Shown here: positions 1 to 10,343 of the stretch, one piece after another | How positions within the stretch are numbered: position 1 is the first letter of the stretch | Layout: the number at the start of each line of letters is the position of its first letter | DNA from: Perkinsela sp. CCAP 1560/9 | Taxonomy: Eukaryota; Protista; Euglenozoa: Kinetoplastea | Length of the DNA stretch: 64,000 bases | Assembly (NCBI GenBank): GCA_965644495.1 | Contig: CBFFSA010000004.1 | Location: 868,001 to 932,000 of the forward strand | Direction of reading: 5' to 3' | Program-made: the position numbers and the translations under genes | Notes under the pieces: model-generated | The model's input: the letters and a program-made list of their open reading frames with translations, nothing else | What the model was told of the DNA's origin: nothing | The model's database searches: none

Positions 1-163
1 CGGCACATTGATATTGCATAGTTACTGCACATTGATAATGCATATAGCACATTGATAATGCATATAGCACATTGATATTGCATACAGCACATTGATAATG
101 CATACAGCACATTGATAATGCATACAGCACATTGATAATGCATACAGCACATTGATGATGCAT
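1..163 (-). repeat. 20-bp tandem array (left arm, truncated by window start), inverted relative to 580-986
   Basis: Units GCACATTGATAATGCATAYA are the reverse complement of the right-arm unit TATCAATGTGCTATATGCAT (rotated). Confidence 0.95.
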
Positions 164-213
164 TGTTTGGAAATTAAAGGTGTTTTCAAGAAATAGTGAA
201 CACTCGTCTCTGC

Positions 214-378
214 TCCCGGTGAGGCCCCGGAGTTGCGAGAGGCCTCCATACCCCACAACTACCACCTTCCCCCCCTATTTAGCGGGGGTCGCGCGAGCGA
301 CCCCTGATAAATGGGGGGAAGGTGGTAGTTGTTTTGGGGAATATGAGAGGCCGAACGCACGGAGGGGCCGGCCGGGCC
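214..378. other. Long imperfect rod-like hairpin with GCGA apical loop
   Basis: ACAACTACCACCTTCCCCCC..GGGGTCGC-GCGA-GCGACCCC..GGGGGGAAGGTGGTAGTTGT (255-332), extended by GGCCTC/GAGGCC, GGCCCC/GGGGCC and CCCGG/CCGGG. Confidence 0.85.
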
Positions 379-579
379 AATGAACCCAGACACCATACCC
401 AACCCCTAGCAAAGCCTAGACCTTGTTTACCCGTTTGCAAGACAAGAATGTGTGTCGTTAGTGGGAAGCAATTTGCGAAGTCGAAAGGCTGTGTGATATT
501 AGTGTAACGCGCATAAGTACATGCCCGTGTATATAAAGGACGCACATTTATGGATAAGAATCGGATGTCTTTGTCACTC

Positions 580-999
580 TTATCAATGTGCTATATGCAA
601 TATCAATGTGCTATATGCATTATCAATGTGCTATATGCATTATCAATGGGCTATATGCATTATCAATGTGCTATATGCATTATCAATGTGCTATATGCAT
701 TATCAATGTGCTATATGCATTATCAATGGGCTATATGCATTATCAATGTGCTATATGCATTATCAATGTGCCGCTTAATATGCATTATCAATGTGCCGCT
801 TAGTATGCATTATCAATGTGCTATATGCATTATCAATGTGCTATATGCATTATCAATGTGCTATATGCATTATCAATGTGCTATATGCATTATCAATGTG
901 CTATATGCATTATCAATGTGCTATATGCAATATCGCTGTGCTATATGCATTATCAATGTGCCGCTTAGTATGCATTATCAATGTGCGGGCGCCAGAGCC
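580..999 (+). repeat. 20-bp tandem array (about 20 units, right arm) ending in a putative transposon terminus ...CCAGAGCC|TA
   Basis: TATCAATGTGCTATATGCAT repeated, with a few 23-bp variants (GTGCCGCTTARTATGCAT); end AGAGCC|TAAAAAAG matches the end of MITE 52415-52509. Confidence 0.9.
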
Positions 1000-1261
1000 T
1001 AAAAAAGAATTATTAATATATTATCAAAATTTTTTATTGGGCTTTAACACTCAGATTTCTCGCTCTTAATTTTGTATCAAACAATATTTTCATCCCGAAA
1101 AGGAGCATTGATGGGGATCTCCTTATGGAGTCGATGATGATGCTTCCAGCATCATTATATACACCTCAACCTACGCGGGAAGTAGGTAGGAGCCTACGCC
1201 TGACGCAGGTAAATGGGCTGTACCAACGACAACTCCTTATGAAGTGCTGATACCGAGGGCC

Positions 1262-1367
1262 GGGAAATGCCAAACTCTGTATTTGTGTGATGTGTAAAAT
1301 GAGCTTTCTGGATCTCCTCGCAGTTTTCCCTGGTACTGCCACCATACTGCTGCAAATGACGCCGACC
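1262..1367 (+). ncRNA. Degenerate HDV-like ribozyme copy
   Basis: GGGAAA..ATC-TCCTCGC-AGT-TTTCCCT-GG-TACTGC..GCA-AATGA-CGCCGACC; homologous to 33549-33621; P3 mismatched and catalytic C apparently lost. Confidence 0.5.
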
Positions 1368-1682
1368 ACATGTCGGGGCTCCTCCACATGCGAGGGGCTC
1401 CTCGTGTGTCACTCGCAGCCGCTCGTATAAATGCATATTGAATTATTAATAATATTAATGGGTACAGACCACTTATATTGCACCCACTTTCAAAATAATG
1501 ATATGAATGCATTGAAATGTTTTCTTGCGCAGCGTAACTTCACACACTTTATCTCATTTCCTCCTTCCGCCTACTTTACGTCAAAAAAATGTTGCAGTAT
1601 GCTTATAGTTCACCACATTACACGTCAAATGCCCATGCGCAGATAAAATGCCTGCGGGCAGATAAAATGCCACAATAAAAAA

Positions 1683-1754
1683 GCTTGGCGTCAGTGCCAC
1701 ATGGCAGTGGCGGGGAAGACCGCTAGGAGGTCCCATGTTGGACCATGCTGCCCC
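1683..1754 (-). ncRNA. Degenerate HDV-like ribozyme copy
   Basis: Minus strand reads GGGGCAG-CATGGTCCAACATGGG-ACC-TCCTAGC-GGT-CTTCCCC-GC-CAC-TGCCATGTGGCA-CTGA-CGCCAAGC, followed by a T-run. Confidence 0.55.
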
Positions 1755-2086
1755 ATGTTAGGGCTGTGGGAAATATTGAGAAGACTCCTAGTTTACCTGT
1801 CTGGAGGTAAGGCCCAACTTTGAACGTCTGTGAGCAAAGCCCAACTGTGGGTGTAGCCCTGAGACAGAATTATATTTTAGCGCCCCCGCGCACTGAAGGG
1901 AGTGGGGGCGCGTTCTCAGAACCAACGTTTGTCCCTTCCGCAGGATTGTGTACTTGTTTCCCTATGTTGTGTGACCGGGCGTGTGATCCAGTAGCTTTTT
2001 AGGTTATGCTGTCCACTTCAACTCTGTGGCACAGTTTGACCCAAAAAATAGAAAAGTGGGTGCAATATAAGTGGGCATTACCCATA

Positions 2087-3021
2087 TTAATAAACCCCCC
2101 ACAGCGAATAAGTCACCCCCCTCTTTTTTTGGTACAACGAGGCTTAGGGGGGTTGCTGCACAACTTTTTCGTTCAAAATTTTGAGATCCGCACGTTCCCG
2201 CTGTTTTTAGACCTCTTCACAGATAACAAATTAAAACTCATTTTTTTAATGAAGTTTTTGCATAGTCTTGCCAACATTACCTGAAAAATCTCATGTTCCT
2301 CGACCAGGGGGGGAGAAGGGGGTCAACATGAAAATGGTGTCACAGATCTTCGCTAGGGGAACGCGATCTCTCGATTGCAACAAAAATGATCATAAACAGA
2401 TAACAAACATTCAATTTGTCACGTGGTGGAATATTTGTCTTTGATTGGTTCTTTCTTGAAACAGTGATAAATCAACTTTTTTAAGCTGTCCCCTTTACTT
2501 TTTGCTTGAAGGGGCCTAAGGGGGTTAGGATATCATTTTCTCGTTCAAAATTCTGAGATCTACACGTTCCCACCATTTTTAGATCATTTTAGAAACTGAA
2601 AAAAAAAATTGTTTTTAGGTTCTATTTTTTTGCATCGTCATACCACACTAATTTAAGAAAACAAACACTCTGCGGACAGGGGGCACAAGTGGGTCAATAT
2701 TAAAAATAGCGGCAAAGATCTTTGCTAGGAGAACGAGATCTCTCGTTTGCAACAAAAATCAGCAAAAACGGACAGAAATAATTGATTTCCTCATGGGAGG
2801 AGAATATTTAATTAGTTAAAGTGTGAGAAATTGGTCTCTTGAAAAACGTGAAGAAAGTGATAATCCATCTATGGGATGCACGCATTTGAGAGTTTTGGTT
2901 CCATGCTATAACGCGCAAAATCTTTGTGTTGGGAACAGCAAAATGCAACAAAAATGAACTCAAACGGACACTTGACTGAAAAGTTAGAGAGGGTGACTTT
3001 TCGCTGTGGGGGGGTTATTAA
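2087..3021. mobile_element. Non-autonomous TIR element with an internal diverged tandem duplication (period about 370 bp)
   Basis: TIRs TTAATAAACCCCCCACAGCGAATAAGTCACCC / GGGTGACTTTTCGCTGTGGGGGGGTTATTAA with TA flanks; units about 2146-2440 and 2517-2810 share CGTTCAAAATTYTGAGATC and GATCTCTCGWTTGCAACAAAAAT. Confidence 0.8.
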
Positions 3022-3196
3022 TAATATTAATAATTTGATTTTTTGAAATAATGATAATTATTATTACAAAAATTATTATTACAGCTATGTTTCGCACAAC
3101 TCTATTCATCGCTTCATGAAAGCCATAAAATCGTAAAAAAAGACATTCACTCCACACTCCCACAACAAACCAACATATTTTTTCAACCTTCCCCCC

Positions 3197-4705
3197 ATGA
3201 AACTCTCCTCGTACACCCTCTACAGTCTCCTCGCCACCCTGGCCTACATCGTCCACACTGCCTACTCCACCCACCCCACCGCGGCCTACTTCCCCACCGC
3301 CCTCGCCCTCACCCGTTCGAAACCCTTTGCCGCGCTCACCGCCAACAACGCCCTCCTCGCCGCCCTCTGGGGTTTCCTCCTCACCCGTCGCCTTCTGCTC
3401 GGAACCGTACGCGACCACGAGGGGGAGGGGGTCGCGGACACCGTCACCCTCCACGCCCTGCAATCCCTCTTCGCGCTGTCCTATTTCGATTTCCACCTTA
3501 CCGCAGGTCTCGCCGCGGTGCTTCTCGGGACCGCATTCGCGAAAGCGCTCCATTTGCTCGCGCACGCCCGGGGCGACACGATTGAGTCCAGTGCGGAGAC
3601 CAACCCGCGGGAGGTGTTGCGGCTATCCCTGTGTTTGAGTTTTCTTCTCCATGCCGCGGTGCGGATGTTGCTGTACGCCACGGAGGTGATTCGAAACGAG
3701 GGGTGCTGTGTGTGGGTGGTGATAGCCCTGGATTGGGCCCTGATGTTGGTGGCCGCGACCGGGATCTCATTAAGGCTGATGTTGCACATCGCGGATCGAA
3801 GATTTCACCGTTCAAGTATTGCCGCGAAGTATTATCTTACGTTAGGGTGTACCTTAGTGGCGTGTGTGCTGGAGCTTGTGTTTTTTGCGGTGCTGTTCCA
3901 GCATGTTGGGGTTCCGGTGCATTTACTGCGGGAGCTTTATCTAACGATTCGTGGCCTGATGCAGACCCTGCGACGGGTGTTGGTGTATCGCACGCATTGT
4001 AGGGTTGTGCGGGAGTGTGAGGTTCCGCAGGAGGATGAGATTGCAAAGGATCCGAGTTGTGTGATATGTATGGAGGAGATGACCGGGGGAGGGGTATCTG
4101 GGAGCTGTACCACACGAAAGCTTCCGTGTGGTCATGTGCTACACACGGAGTGCTTGTACCGTTTCGTCGAGAAAGATCAGAATTGTCCAATATGTAGGCG
4201 TGACTTTGTGAGTGTGGCGTTAGAAAAGATGAGACGCAAGAAACGGCCAGTCGTCCGCATACGGAGGGACTGGACGCAGCAAGTGTCGGAAAGTCAGCAA
4301 AGTCAGGTGCCGAAAAAAATGGACGCACAGCAGTCTTACGCATCGAATGTTGAGGATATGGAAGCAGCGTATCAGGAATATTTAGCGAGAATGAACAACA
4401 GAACAGGTACCTCGCTGACAGAAACGGAACCTGTAAAGGACTCCGCTTTGCACGATGTGCCGAATCATTTTTCACTTTCTGCTACAGAAAGAGAGGCTAT
4501 TCTACGAAATATTGAGACCTCGGTAGATCATGATAGTATTCTTATTAAGAAGAGTAATCCTGAAGAATCGTTATCAATGATACTGCCCCGGAACGAAGCC
4601 ACGGCTGCCGCATACAGGATATTTTACTCTGATCTTAGCGGGGCGTTTGGAAAATTAGAAGCCTCACTCCGAACTAGTCGATCAGATGACAGAACTTCCA
4701 GTTAG
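3197..4705 (+). CDS. HRD1: ERAD E3 ubiquitin ligase, HRD1/synoviolin-like
   Basis: Several N-terminal TM segments, then RING-H2 CVICMEEM...KLPCGHVLHTECL...CPICR. Confidence 0.8.
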   Translation: MKLSSYTLYSLLATLAYIVHTAYSTHPTAAYFPTALALTRSKPFAALTANNALLAALWGFLLTRRLLLGTVRDHEGEGVADTVTLHALQSLFALSYFDFHLTAGLAAVLLGTAFAKALHLLAHARGDTIESSAETNPREVLRLSLCLSFLLHAAVRMLLYATEVIRNEGCCVWVVIALDWALMLVAATGISLRLMLHIADRRFHRSSIAAKYYLTLGCTLVACVLELVFFAVLFQHVGVPVHLLRELYLTIRGLMQTLRRVLVYRTHCRVVRECEVPQEDEIAKDPSCVICMEEMTGGGVSGSCTTRKLPCGHVLHTECLYRFVEKDQNCPICRRDFVSVALEKMRRKKRPVVRIRRDWTQQVSESQQSQVPKKMDAQQSYASNVEDMEAAYQEYLARMNNRTGTSLTETEPVKDSALHDVPNHFSLSATEREAILRNIETSVDHDSILIKKSNPEESLSMILPRNEATAAAYRIFYSDLSGAFGKLEASLRTSRSDDRTSS

Positions 4706-4952
4706 GACGTCGAGTAATCATGCACGTTTTTCGTGCTGAGCTTGCCGAATAAATAATTTTATCGCTTCTTTAATGTATTGAGTACGTTACATTAGTACAA
4801 CTCCGTATGTACGATTGTATGATGAGGGGTTCCACAATATAAATTTCTTTCCCGATGTGGATTTCAAATACATGTGTCGTAGACGGTTGCCTTTTGTTTA
4901 TTTTGCTTGTCGGCTACGTTTTTTCCAATTCTATATATTGTGTATATATTGC

Positions 4953-5657
4953 ATGAGTTCGGTTCGCCTTGCTAAAGGTGCTCACGGGAGCGAATTGCCT
5001 GCCGAATACGAACTAATACGATTACTGAGCGATGTGTCGAACCCACTGCCCTCATGGAACGAGAAATGGTCGGTGCGAGAGTGGCATGGAGTCACTTGCG
5101 ACAAAGAACATCGTGTGATCTCTATCTTTTGGCACGAACTGTCTCTGAAGGGTTCAGTTTTGTGGCAACACTTGCCCTGGTCCCTGTCTACATTGACGAT
5201 ACGCGGAAACCGATTAGAGGGCAGGGTACCTACGGACCTACTACCGAGAGGCCTTCGTAGTTTTGATATTCAAGACAACCTGTTCTATGGTGAGTTCTTC
5301 ACTGAGACGCTTCCCAATAAACTCCAACACCTTCACATTGAACGCAACAGATTTTGCGGTAATATAAATCTTCGTGAGTTGCCTAGAAGTCTGCTGCAAT
5401 GTCGGTTAGGGAAAAATTTATTCAATGGTACAATAGATTTAAGTCGCCTGCCTCCAAACCTGGAAGAGCTGACAGCAGAGGACAATTTACTGGACGGAAC
5501 TCTATCATTAAAGCTTATTCCAGAATCTTTGATTGTTCTAAGCCTGGCACATAACCGACTGAGCGGAGAAATCAATCTTACAGAAGTAAACCAAAAAACA
5601 TTAATGAGTTTGGGAGGAAATGTCCAACTGAAATTCATATTAAGAACCGCAGAATAG
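4953..5657 (+). CDS. Leucine-rich repeat protein (expanded family)
   Basis: LPAEYEL motif, WHGVTC cap, 24-aa LxLxxNxFxGxIDLxxLP repeats; first plausible ATG at 4953. Confidence 0.9.
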   Translation: MSSVRLAKGAHGSELPAEYELIRLLSDVSNPLPSWNEKWSVREWHGVTCDKEHRVISIFWHELSLKGSVLWQHLPWSLSTLTIRGNRLEGRVPTDLLPRGLRSFDIQDNLFYGEFFTETLPNKLQHLHIERNRFCGNINLRELPRSLLQCRLGKNLFNGTIDLSRLPPNLEELTAEDNLLDGTLSLKLIPESLIVLSLAHNRLSGEINLTEVNQKTLMSLGGNVQLKFILRTAE

Positions 5658-6265
5658 TGTACTTGATAAATCCGTTACGGGTTCAGAAGATGCGACTAGC
5701 AAAATAGTAGCAGTAAATTCTTGGTAGAAAAGGATAAGTGGAAGAACGTATTTCGGAAGAGCCCGTGTATTCTTATTTATACATTGTAGATGTATTTATA
5801 CATTGTATGTTTAGCTTATTCGTCTATGCAATCACTTGTTCACGGGAAAAGAGTGTGAACCCATCACATTACATTTGTACATGTATAGTCCAGGCACCGG
5901 TTCCCCCCAGGCTACAGAGCGCATCGTAAGAGCTTTTGACCAAATTCCTTTCAACAGATCTCGAAAAACCTTCCGGGCGTTTGTTTGCCTACCACCCCCC
6001 TTTGGGTCTGAATGTGAAGACATTGACTACGGGATAACCGAGATAACCGGATTCCCTGTGCTACGAGATAAAGATGATTGTAATTTCGGTTCCGCATACA
6101 GTGTTATAAAAGTTGTTTTTGGAATGAGTAACGGATACAGTCACTATTTTTTACCAAGACAGGTTTCGACTCAGGTATTCGATTTCGCATTACGTCAGAG
6201 AGCTAGTATTAATTTAGCCCCATTGACACTTAATTTGGGTCCTTGTTCTTACACTTTTTTAATCC

Positions 6266-6673
6266 ATGGAACTTTCTGAAGACTGTCTGCGTCAATTACG
6301 CATTAAGACACAATCTCTGACCCGTATTCTGAGTGATTGTCAGTACGCTGCACGTGAGTTAGATACAGAACGCAAACGTTTATCTTTGTTGCGCGCCCCT
6401 GAGGGTGACGAAGAGGAGCTAGTCGCGCGCCAAAACCAACAACGACGTGTTATCTCCGAAAGTGAAATGATGATATCTGACTCCTCGCTACGCCTGCAGC
6501 AGGCACAAGATGACTTGAGCTTATTCCTTGACACTATTGGGGTAGGAGAAGGTAAAAATAGTATAAATACCTTGTCGCAGGGAAAGAAGGATACGGACAG
6601 CATGGAAGCTGTGCATAAAGCGAAGGAGTGCCTTCAACTCGTAGAAAATTATGGCCTCAAGCTTGAACATTGA
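6266..6673 (+). CDS. TBCA: Tubulin-specific chaperone A
   Basis: LRQLRIKTQSLTRI...QQRRVISESEMMISDSSLRLQQAQDDL matches the TBCA pattern. Confidence 0.85.
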   Translation: MELSEDCLRQLRIKTQSLTRILSDCQYAARELDTERKRLSLLRAPEGDEEELVARQNQQRRVISESEMMISDSSLRLQQAQDDLSLFLDTIGVGEGKNSINTLSQGKKDTDSMEAVHKAKECLQLVENYGLKLEH

Positions 6674-6982
6674 TGAGCACGCGAATTGTGCTACATTAAT
6701 TTTATTGGCGATTAACGAATTTTATTGGCCCCGTTAAAGTCTTCTCCGATAACTCATCTTTCATAGGTAGGTCAGCGATTATCTGCAACGTTCGCGAAAA
6801 ATAGAAATAGAAGAACTTTAACTAGTCGAATAACTTGAATATCACAAACAACTGCATAACTTTAGTTTGTATAGGTTCTGACTCACCCTTGCCTTTGTCA
6901 ATGTCAAATACAAGTTGAGTTCATGTAAATTGGCGTATAGTTGTTTCTTTTTCGACACTTCTCTTTCTTTTATTTCACCTTT

Positions 6983-8506
6983 ATGGCCCCGTTTGGAACT
7001 AACACGGCATCAGGGGGATGGAACCCCACAACAACCACATCGAATACAACACCTTTCGCCCCCAGTACAAGTTCCACTCCGTGGGGAACCGGTGGGACAA
7101 AGACGACTGCAACACTGCCCTGGGGCACCGCACCGTCTCAACCATCAGGAAGTTCTGCTGCGGGCCCGTTCTCGTCCACTACAGGGCTTTTCGGTTCACA
7201 GAACACATCCCAACCCACAACCACGCAACCCTCTTTGTTTGGCGCACCAAACGTTGGTGGCCCAATCACATCCGCTTCCGGCACATCAGCTCCTCAAGCT
7301 CCGTGGTACGCTTCTTTCGATACTAGCACCCTCAATGAGACCTCTCGGTTTGAAACTCTGCCACCCGCCTTGCAGGAGAAGATTCGTGAGTTAAATCGGA
7401 AAATCCACGCGGAGCATTCCGGGATGGAGGCCGTGCGAATGGAATATGCCGCGTTACTTCAAAGCGGAAAACGTTCGAGTACGGAACCGAGTGCTCAGCT
7501 GCTACCCATGTCCAAATCTGCTGCGAATGAACTCGCTCGCCCCGTCGGTGAGGCCCAGGGTTTAGAGCAAACCATGAGTGCCTTAACCACAGGTGCGCTG
7601 TCGCTTGATTCCTTGCATGCCAATGGTGAAAACCTCAACGACCAGATAAAAGAGTTACGTACGAAAGTGGAGCATCTAAAGCAAATCGTTGACACCGACG
7701 CTCAGCCTCGAGTAAAGAATACATTGGATAACGTTCCACAACCCTGTTCGAGTCATGAAGACGACGTCTCCCTACGCTTTATCTCCCACACACTCCACCA
7801 AATGCGTCACCACTGGCGTACCCTCCTACGCACCACCCAGACCATAACCCGGGGCGTAACCCCACGACCCGAACCCCCACCTCTACACCCCACCCACCCC
7901 GTTCCCCTACCCGGAAATGTTCTCGTCCGTGCCATGCGCACCGAGGAGGAGCTTTTTCGTAAAGTCTCCAAACTCGTTACCCAGCGTCATGCGGCCACCC
8001 ATGAACTTGTGCACCGCGCGACACAACAACAACAACAAACACAACAACAAATGCATTCTTCAGGCATGGGAAACACAAATCCTAAATCGGCCCCCCAGCC
8101 CGTGTTCCCGCCTCTCCCTCTTCCACGACACCGGGGCTCGGGGCTCCCCACAGAGCGCAGGCCGCTCCCCTCGGAGCTCATGGCCTCCAGCCCTCGTCGG
8201 CTGGTCTATGACCCCAGCCTGAGTCGAGCACTGCCCGGGGCTCCGGGAATTCCCCAGGGGGGACCCCCCGGGGGGGGATTCGGCAGTAGGGGGGGTAGCG
8301 CCCCCCTGGGGGCTGCTTCCACGACAGGGCTCCCCTCCTCGACATCGTTGCTCGGGTCGGGGAGTGGGGCCCCGGGGGGGCTCACGACTACCCCGGGGAG
8401 TAGCGCGTTCCCGGGGGCCGGGGCGTTGCCCTCTACCCCGCAGGTGAAGGTGGGAACGTTGAGTGCGAGTACGCCAGTGAAGCCAAGCACGTGGTCGTTT
8501 CGATAG
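6983..8506 (+). CDS. FG nucleoporin, Nup49/Nup58-like
   Basis: N-terminal PF/LFG repeats; RFETLPPALQEKIRELNRKI followed by coiled coil. Confidence 0.65.
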   Translation: MAPFGTNTASGGWNPTTTTSNTTPFAPSTSSTPWGTGGTKTTATLPWGTAPSQPSGSSAAGPFSSTTGLFGSQNTSQPTTTQPSLFGAPNVGGPITSASGTSAPQAPWYASFDTSTLNETSRFETLPPALQEKIRELNRKIHAEHSGMEAVRMEYAALLQSGKRSSTEPSAQLLPMSKSAANELARPVGEAQGLEQTMSALTTGALSLDSLHANGENLNDQIKELRTKVEHLKQIVDTDAQPRVKNTLDNVPQPCSSHEDDVSLRFISHTLHQMRHHWRTLLRTTQTITRGVTPRPEPPPLHPTHPVPLPGNVLVRAMRTEEELFRKVSKLVTQRHAATHELVHRATQQQQQTQQQMHSSGMGNTNPKSAPQPVFPPLPLPRHRGSGLPTERRPLPSELMASSPRRLVYDPSLSRALPGAPGIPQGGPPGGGFGSRGGSAPLGAASTTGLPSSTSLLGSGSGAPGGLTTTPGSSAFPGAGALPSTPQVKVGTLSASTPVKPSTWSFR

Positions 8507-8820
8507 GAGGGAGAGTGGGTAGGGGGGGTGAAAGAGGAATTCGGGATGTTGAGTTGTGCATGCTGGGGGAGCGATCGAGAGAGTATGTCGTTGTTCCGGT
8601 GGCTTAAATGGGTTGCCCACTTGAATGGTTCAGGTGTTGAATGGGTTTCCCGTTTTTGTAGGAAAAAGCAATATTCGGCTCATATTCATCATATACCAAT
8701 GGGAAGTAAATGTAGGGGTAACGCTACTAGAGTTAGCCAATAGATTACTTGTAATATATTTCATCCTACTCTAGAGCAGCGTTCTGTTTTGTGGACTTCC
8801 TTTTACTACCTAGATTAAAT

Positions 8821-9417
8821 ATGAGTGCCTCCGAGGTAGCTTATTCTCCGGAAAGTGCAGAATTTAGTGAGAAATATACCAATGCTCGAGGCATCCCACG
8901 TGTAACTTTTCTGCAGGATGTCCGTAGTCATGTAAGCGAAAAGAGCATCACCACGGAAGACCTTCTCAACGAGCTCCAACGTGAATACAGTAAATACAAG
9001 CTTCTCGAGACGAAACTCCAGCAGCGAAAGTCTGCATTGAGTGCGAAAGAGCCAGAAATAGAAAAAACCTTGGAAGCACTGCAATTTTTAGAAAAGCAGG
9101 TCGCCGACCAGGCGAATCGTACTTGCGACATTCCCGTCTCCTTTGCTCTTACCGAGACGACGTTCGTTGATGCAGTGCTTCACCCCAGAAAAACAGATTC
9201 ATCCCCAAAGGTCGGGCTGTGGCTCGGCGCAAATGTTATGGCGGAATATGAGCTTCCGGAGGCCTTGACACTGTTGCAGAAAAATTTGTCATCCTGTACA
9301 GAGAATTTAGTTGTGATTGCGGAAGATTTAGCGTTCTTGCGTGAACAAATTATAGTTCTTGAGGTGAATATGGCACGAGTATACAATGAAGGGGTCCACA
9401 GGAAGCAACAAAAATAA
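8821..9417 (+). CDS. PFDN3: Prefoldin subunit 3
   Basis: RGIPRVTF, YSKYKLLE, VGLWLGANVMAEY, DLAFLREQIIVLEVNMARVYN. Confidence 0.93.
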   Translation: MSASEVAYSPESAEFSEKYTNARGIPRVTFLQDVRSHVSEKSITTEDLLNELQREYSKYKLLETKLQQRKSALSAKEPEIEKTLEALQFLEKQVADQANRTCDIPVSFALTETTFVDAVLHPRKTDSSPKVGLWLGANVMAEYELPEALTLLQKNLSSCTENLVVIAEDLAFLREQIIVLEVNMARVYNEGVHRKQQK

Positions 9418-9733
9418 AGAAAATGAACTCTAGCTGGAAACTAAGAAAAAATGGCATGCGCCATTTACGGTTCTGTATGGCTCTCATTTTCTAAATTTTC
9501 AGTGTACCAATAACGGAACACTGAAATGTATAATGAAACTTCTTTTAAACATGAATGAGGATTTTGACCCTCATCCATAATGTGCGCAAGAGTACAATGA
9601 GCACCATGAATTTGAGTGTAATTATCTAGATATCATCAACTTTTTATAAAACCACGTTCTGTGAGTAATTTCTCATTTAGCGCATAGTATTTTTCCATCC
9701 TTTTACAACCACCCTGTCCATCTTTTTTCTCGA

Positions 9734-10168
9734 ATGGACCCCTACCCCTATCACCACACCTCGCTTGCCACCGCCCTGGAATCCTCCATAGGACAACTCA
9801 TCGAGCAGTACGGCCCCGAGGCGTTGCCTGGGGAGGTGATTACCAGCCTTCGACAGTGTTTCGTGGAAACCATGAATACTGTTCTGAAAGATCTTACCCC
9901 GAATCACAGGGCCACGCTCCGTGCCCCTGTGCCCCGTACGCTCGAGTACCCCGTCTATCGGATTATTGACGGCCACACGACGGTGTTACTCCGGGATGTG
10001 GATATAGAACTCGCACGGGAGAGCGGGGTGGGGTCGGAAAGCCTTCACGTCGACTCGCTGCGGTTGGATCTTTTTCCCGCATCGCATTATGAGAATTTCC
10101 TACGACGCTCCTCGACATCCAGGAGGAGAGGTCAGAAAAAACAGGTAGAGAAAGACACGGACATGTGA
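9734..10168 (+). CDS. TFIIA-2: Transcription factor IIA gamma subunit (trypanosome TFIIA-2 type)
   Basis: YHHTSLATALE...PVYRIIDGHTTVLLRDV...LHVDSLRL fits the TFIIA-gamma helical and beta domains. Confidence 0.75.
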   Translation: MDPYPYHHTSLATALESSIGQLIEQYGPEALPGEVITSLRQCFVETMNTVLKDLTPNHRATLRAPVPRTLEYPVYRIIDGHTTVLLRDVDIELARESGVGSESLHVDSLRLDLFPASHYENFLRRSSTSRRRGQKKQVEKDTDM

Positions 10169-10343
10169 TGAAGGCAACGGTGGCTTGTAAATTGAATGAG
10201 GTGGGTAAGATGTGCACTTTTGTTAATGTGAGCACTCACTTATGAATTATGGCGGGGCCCATTGGGTAACTCTGAGGATGGTCAGTTACTTGATTTATTG
10301 TCAGTTTCTTTTTTCAGTCTACCTCTCACTCTACAGTTACTCA

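Noticed and set aside
22-1069. Cys/Met/Tyr-rich ORFs and a possible CRISPR array
   Set aside because: The ORFs are translations of the 20-bp tandem repeat; repeats are contiguous with no unique spacers and there are no cas genes
5836-6279. 147-aa ORF overlapping the TBCA start
   Set aside because: Non-ATG start and no recognisable domain; cannot support it
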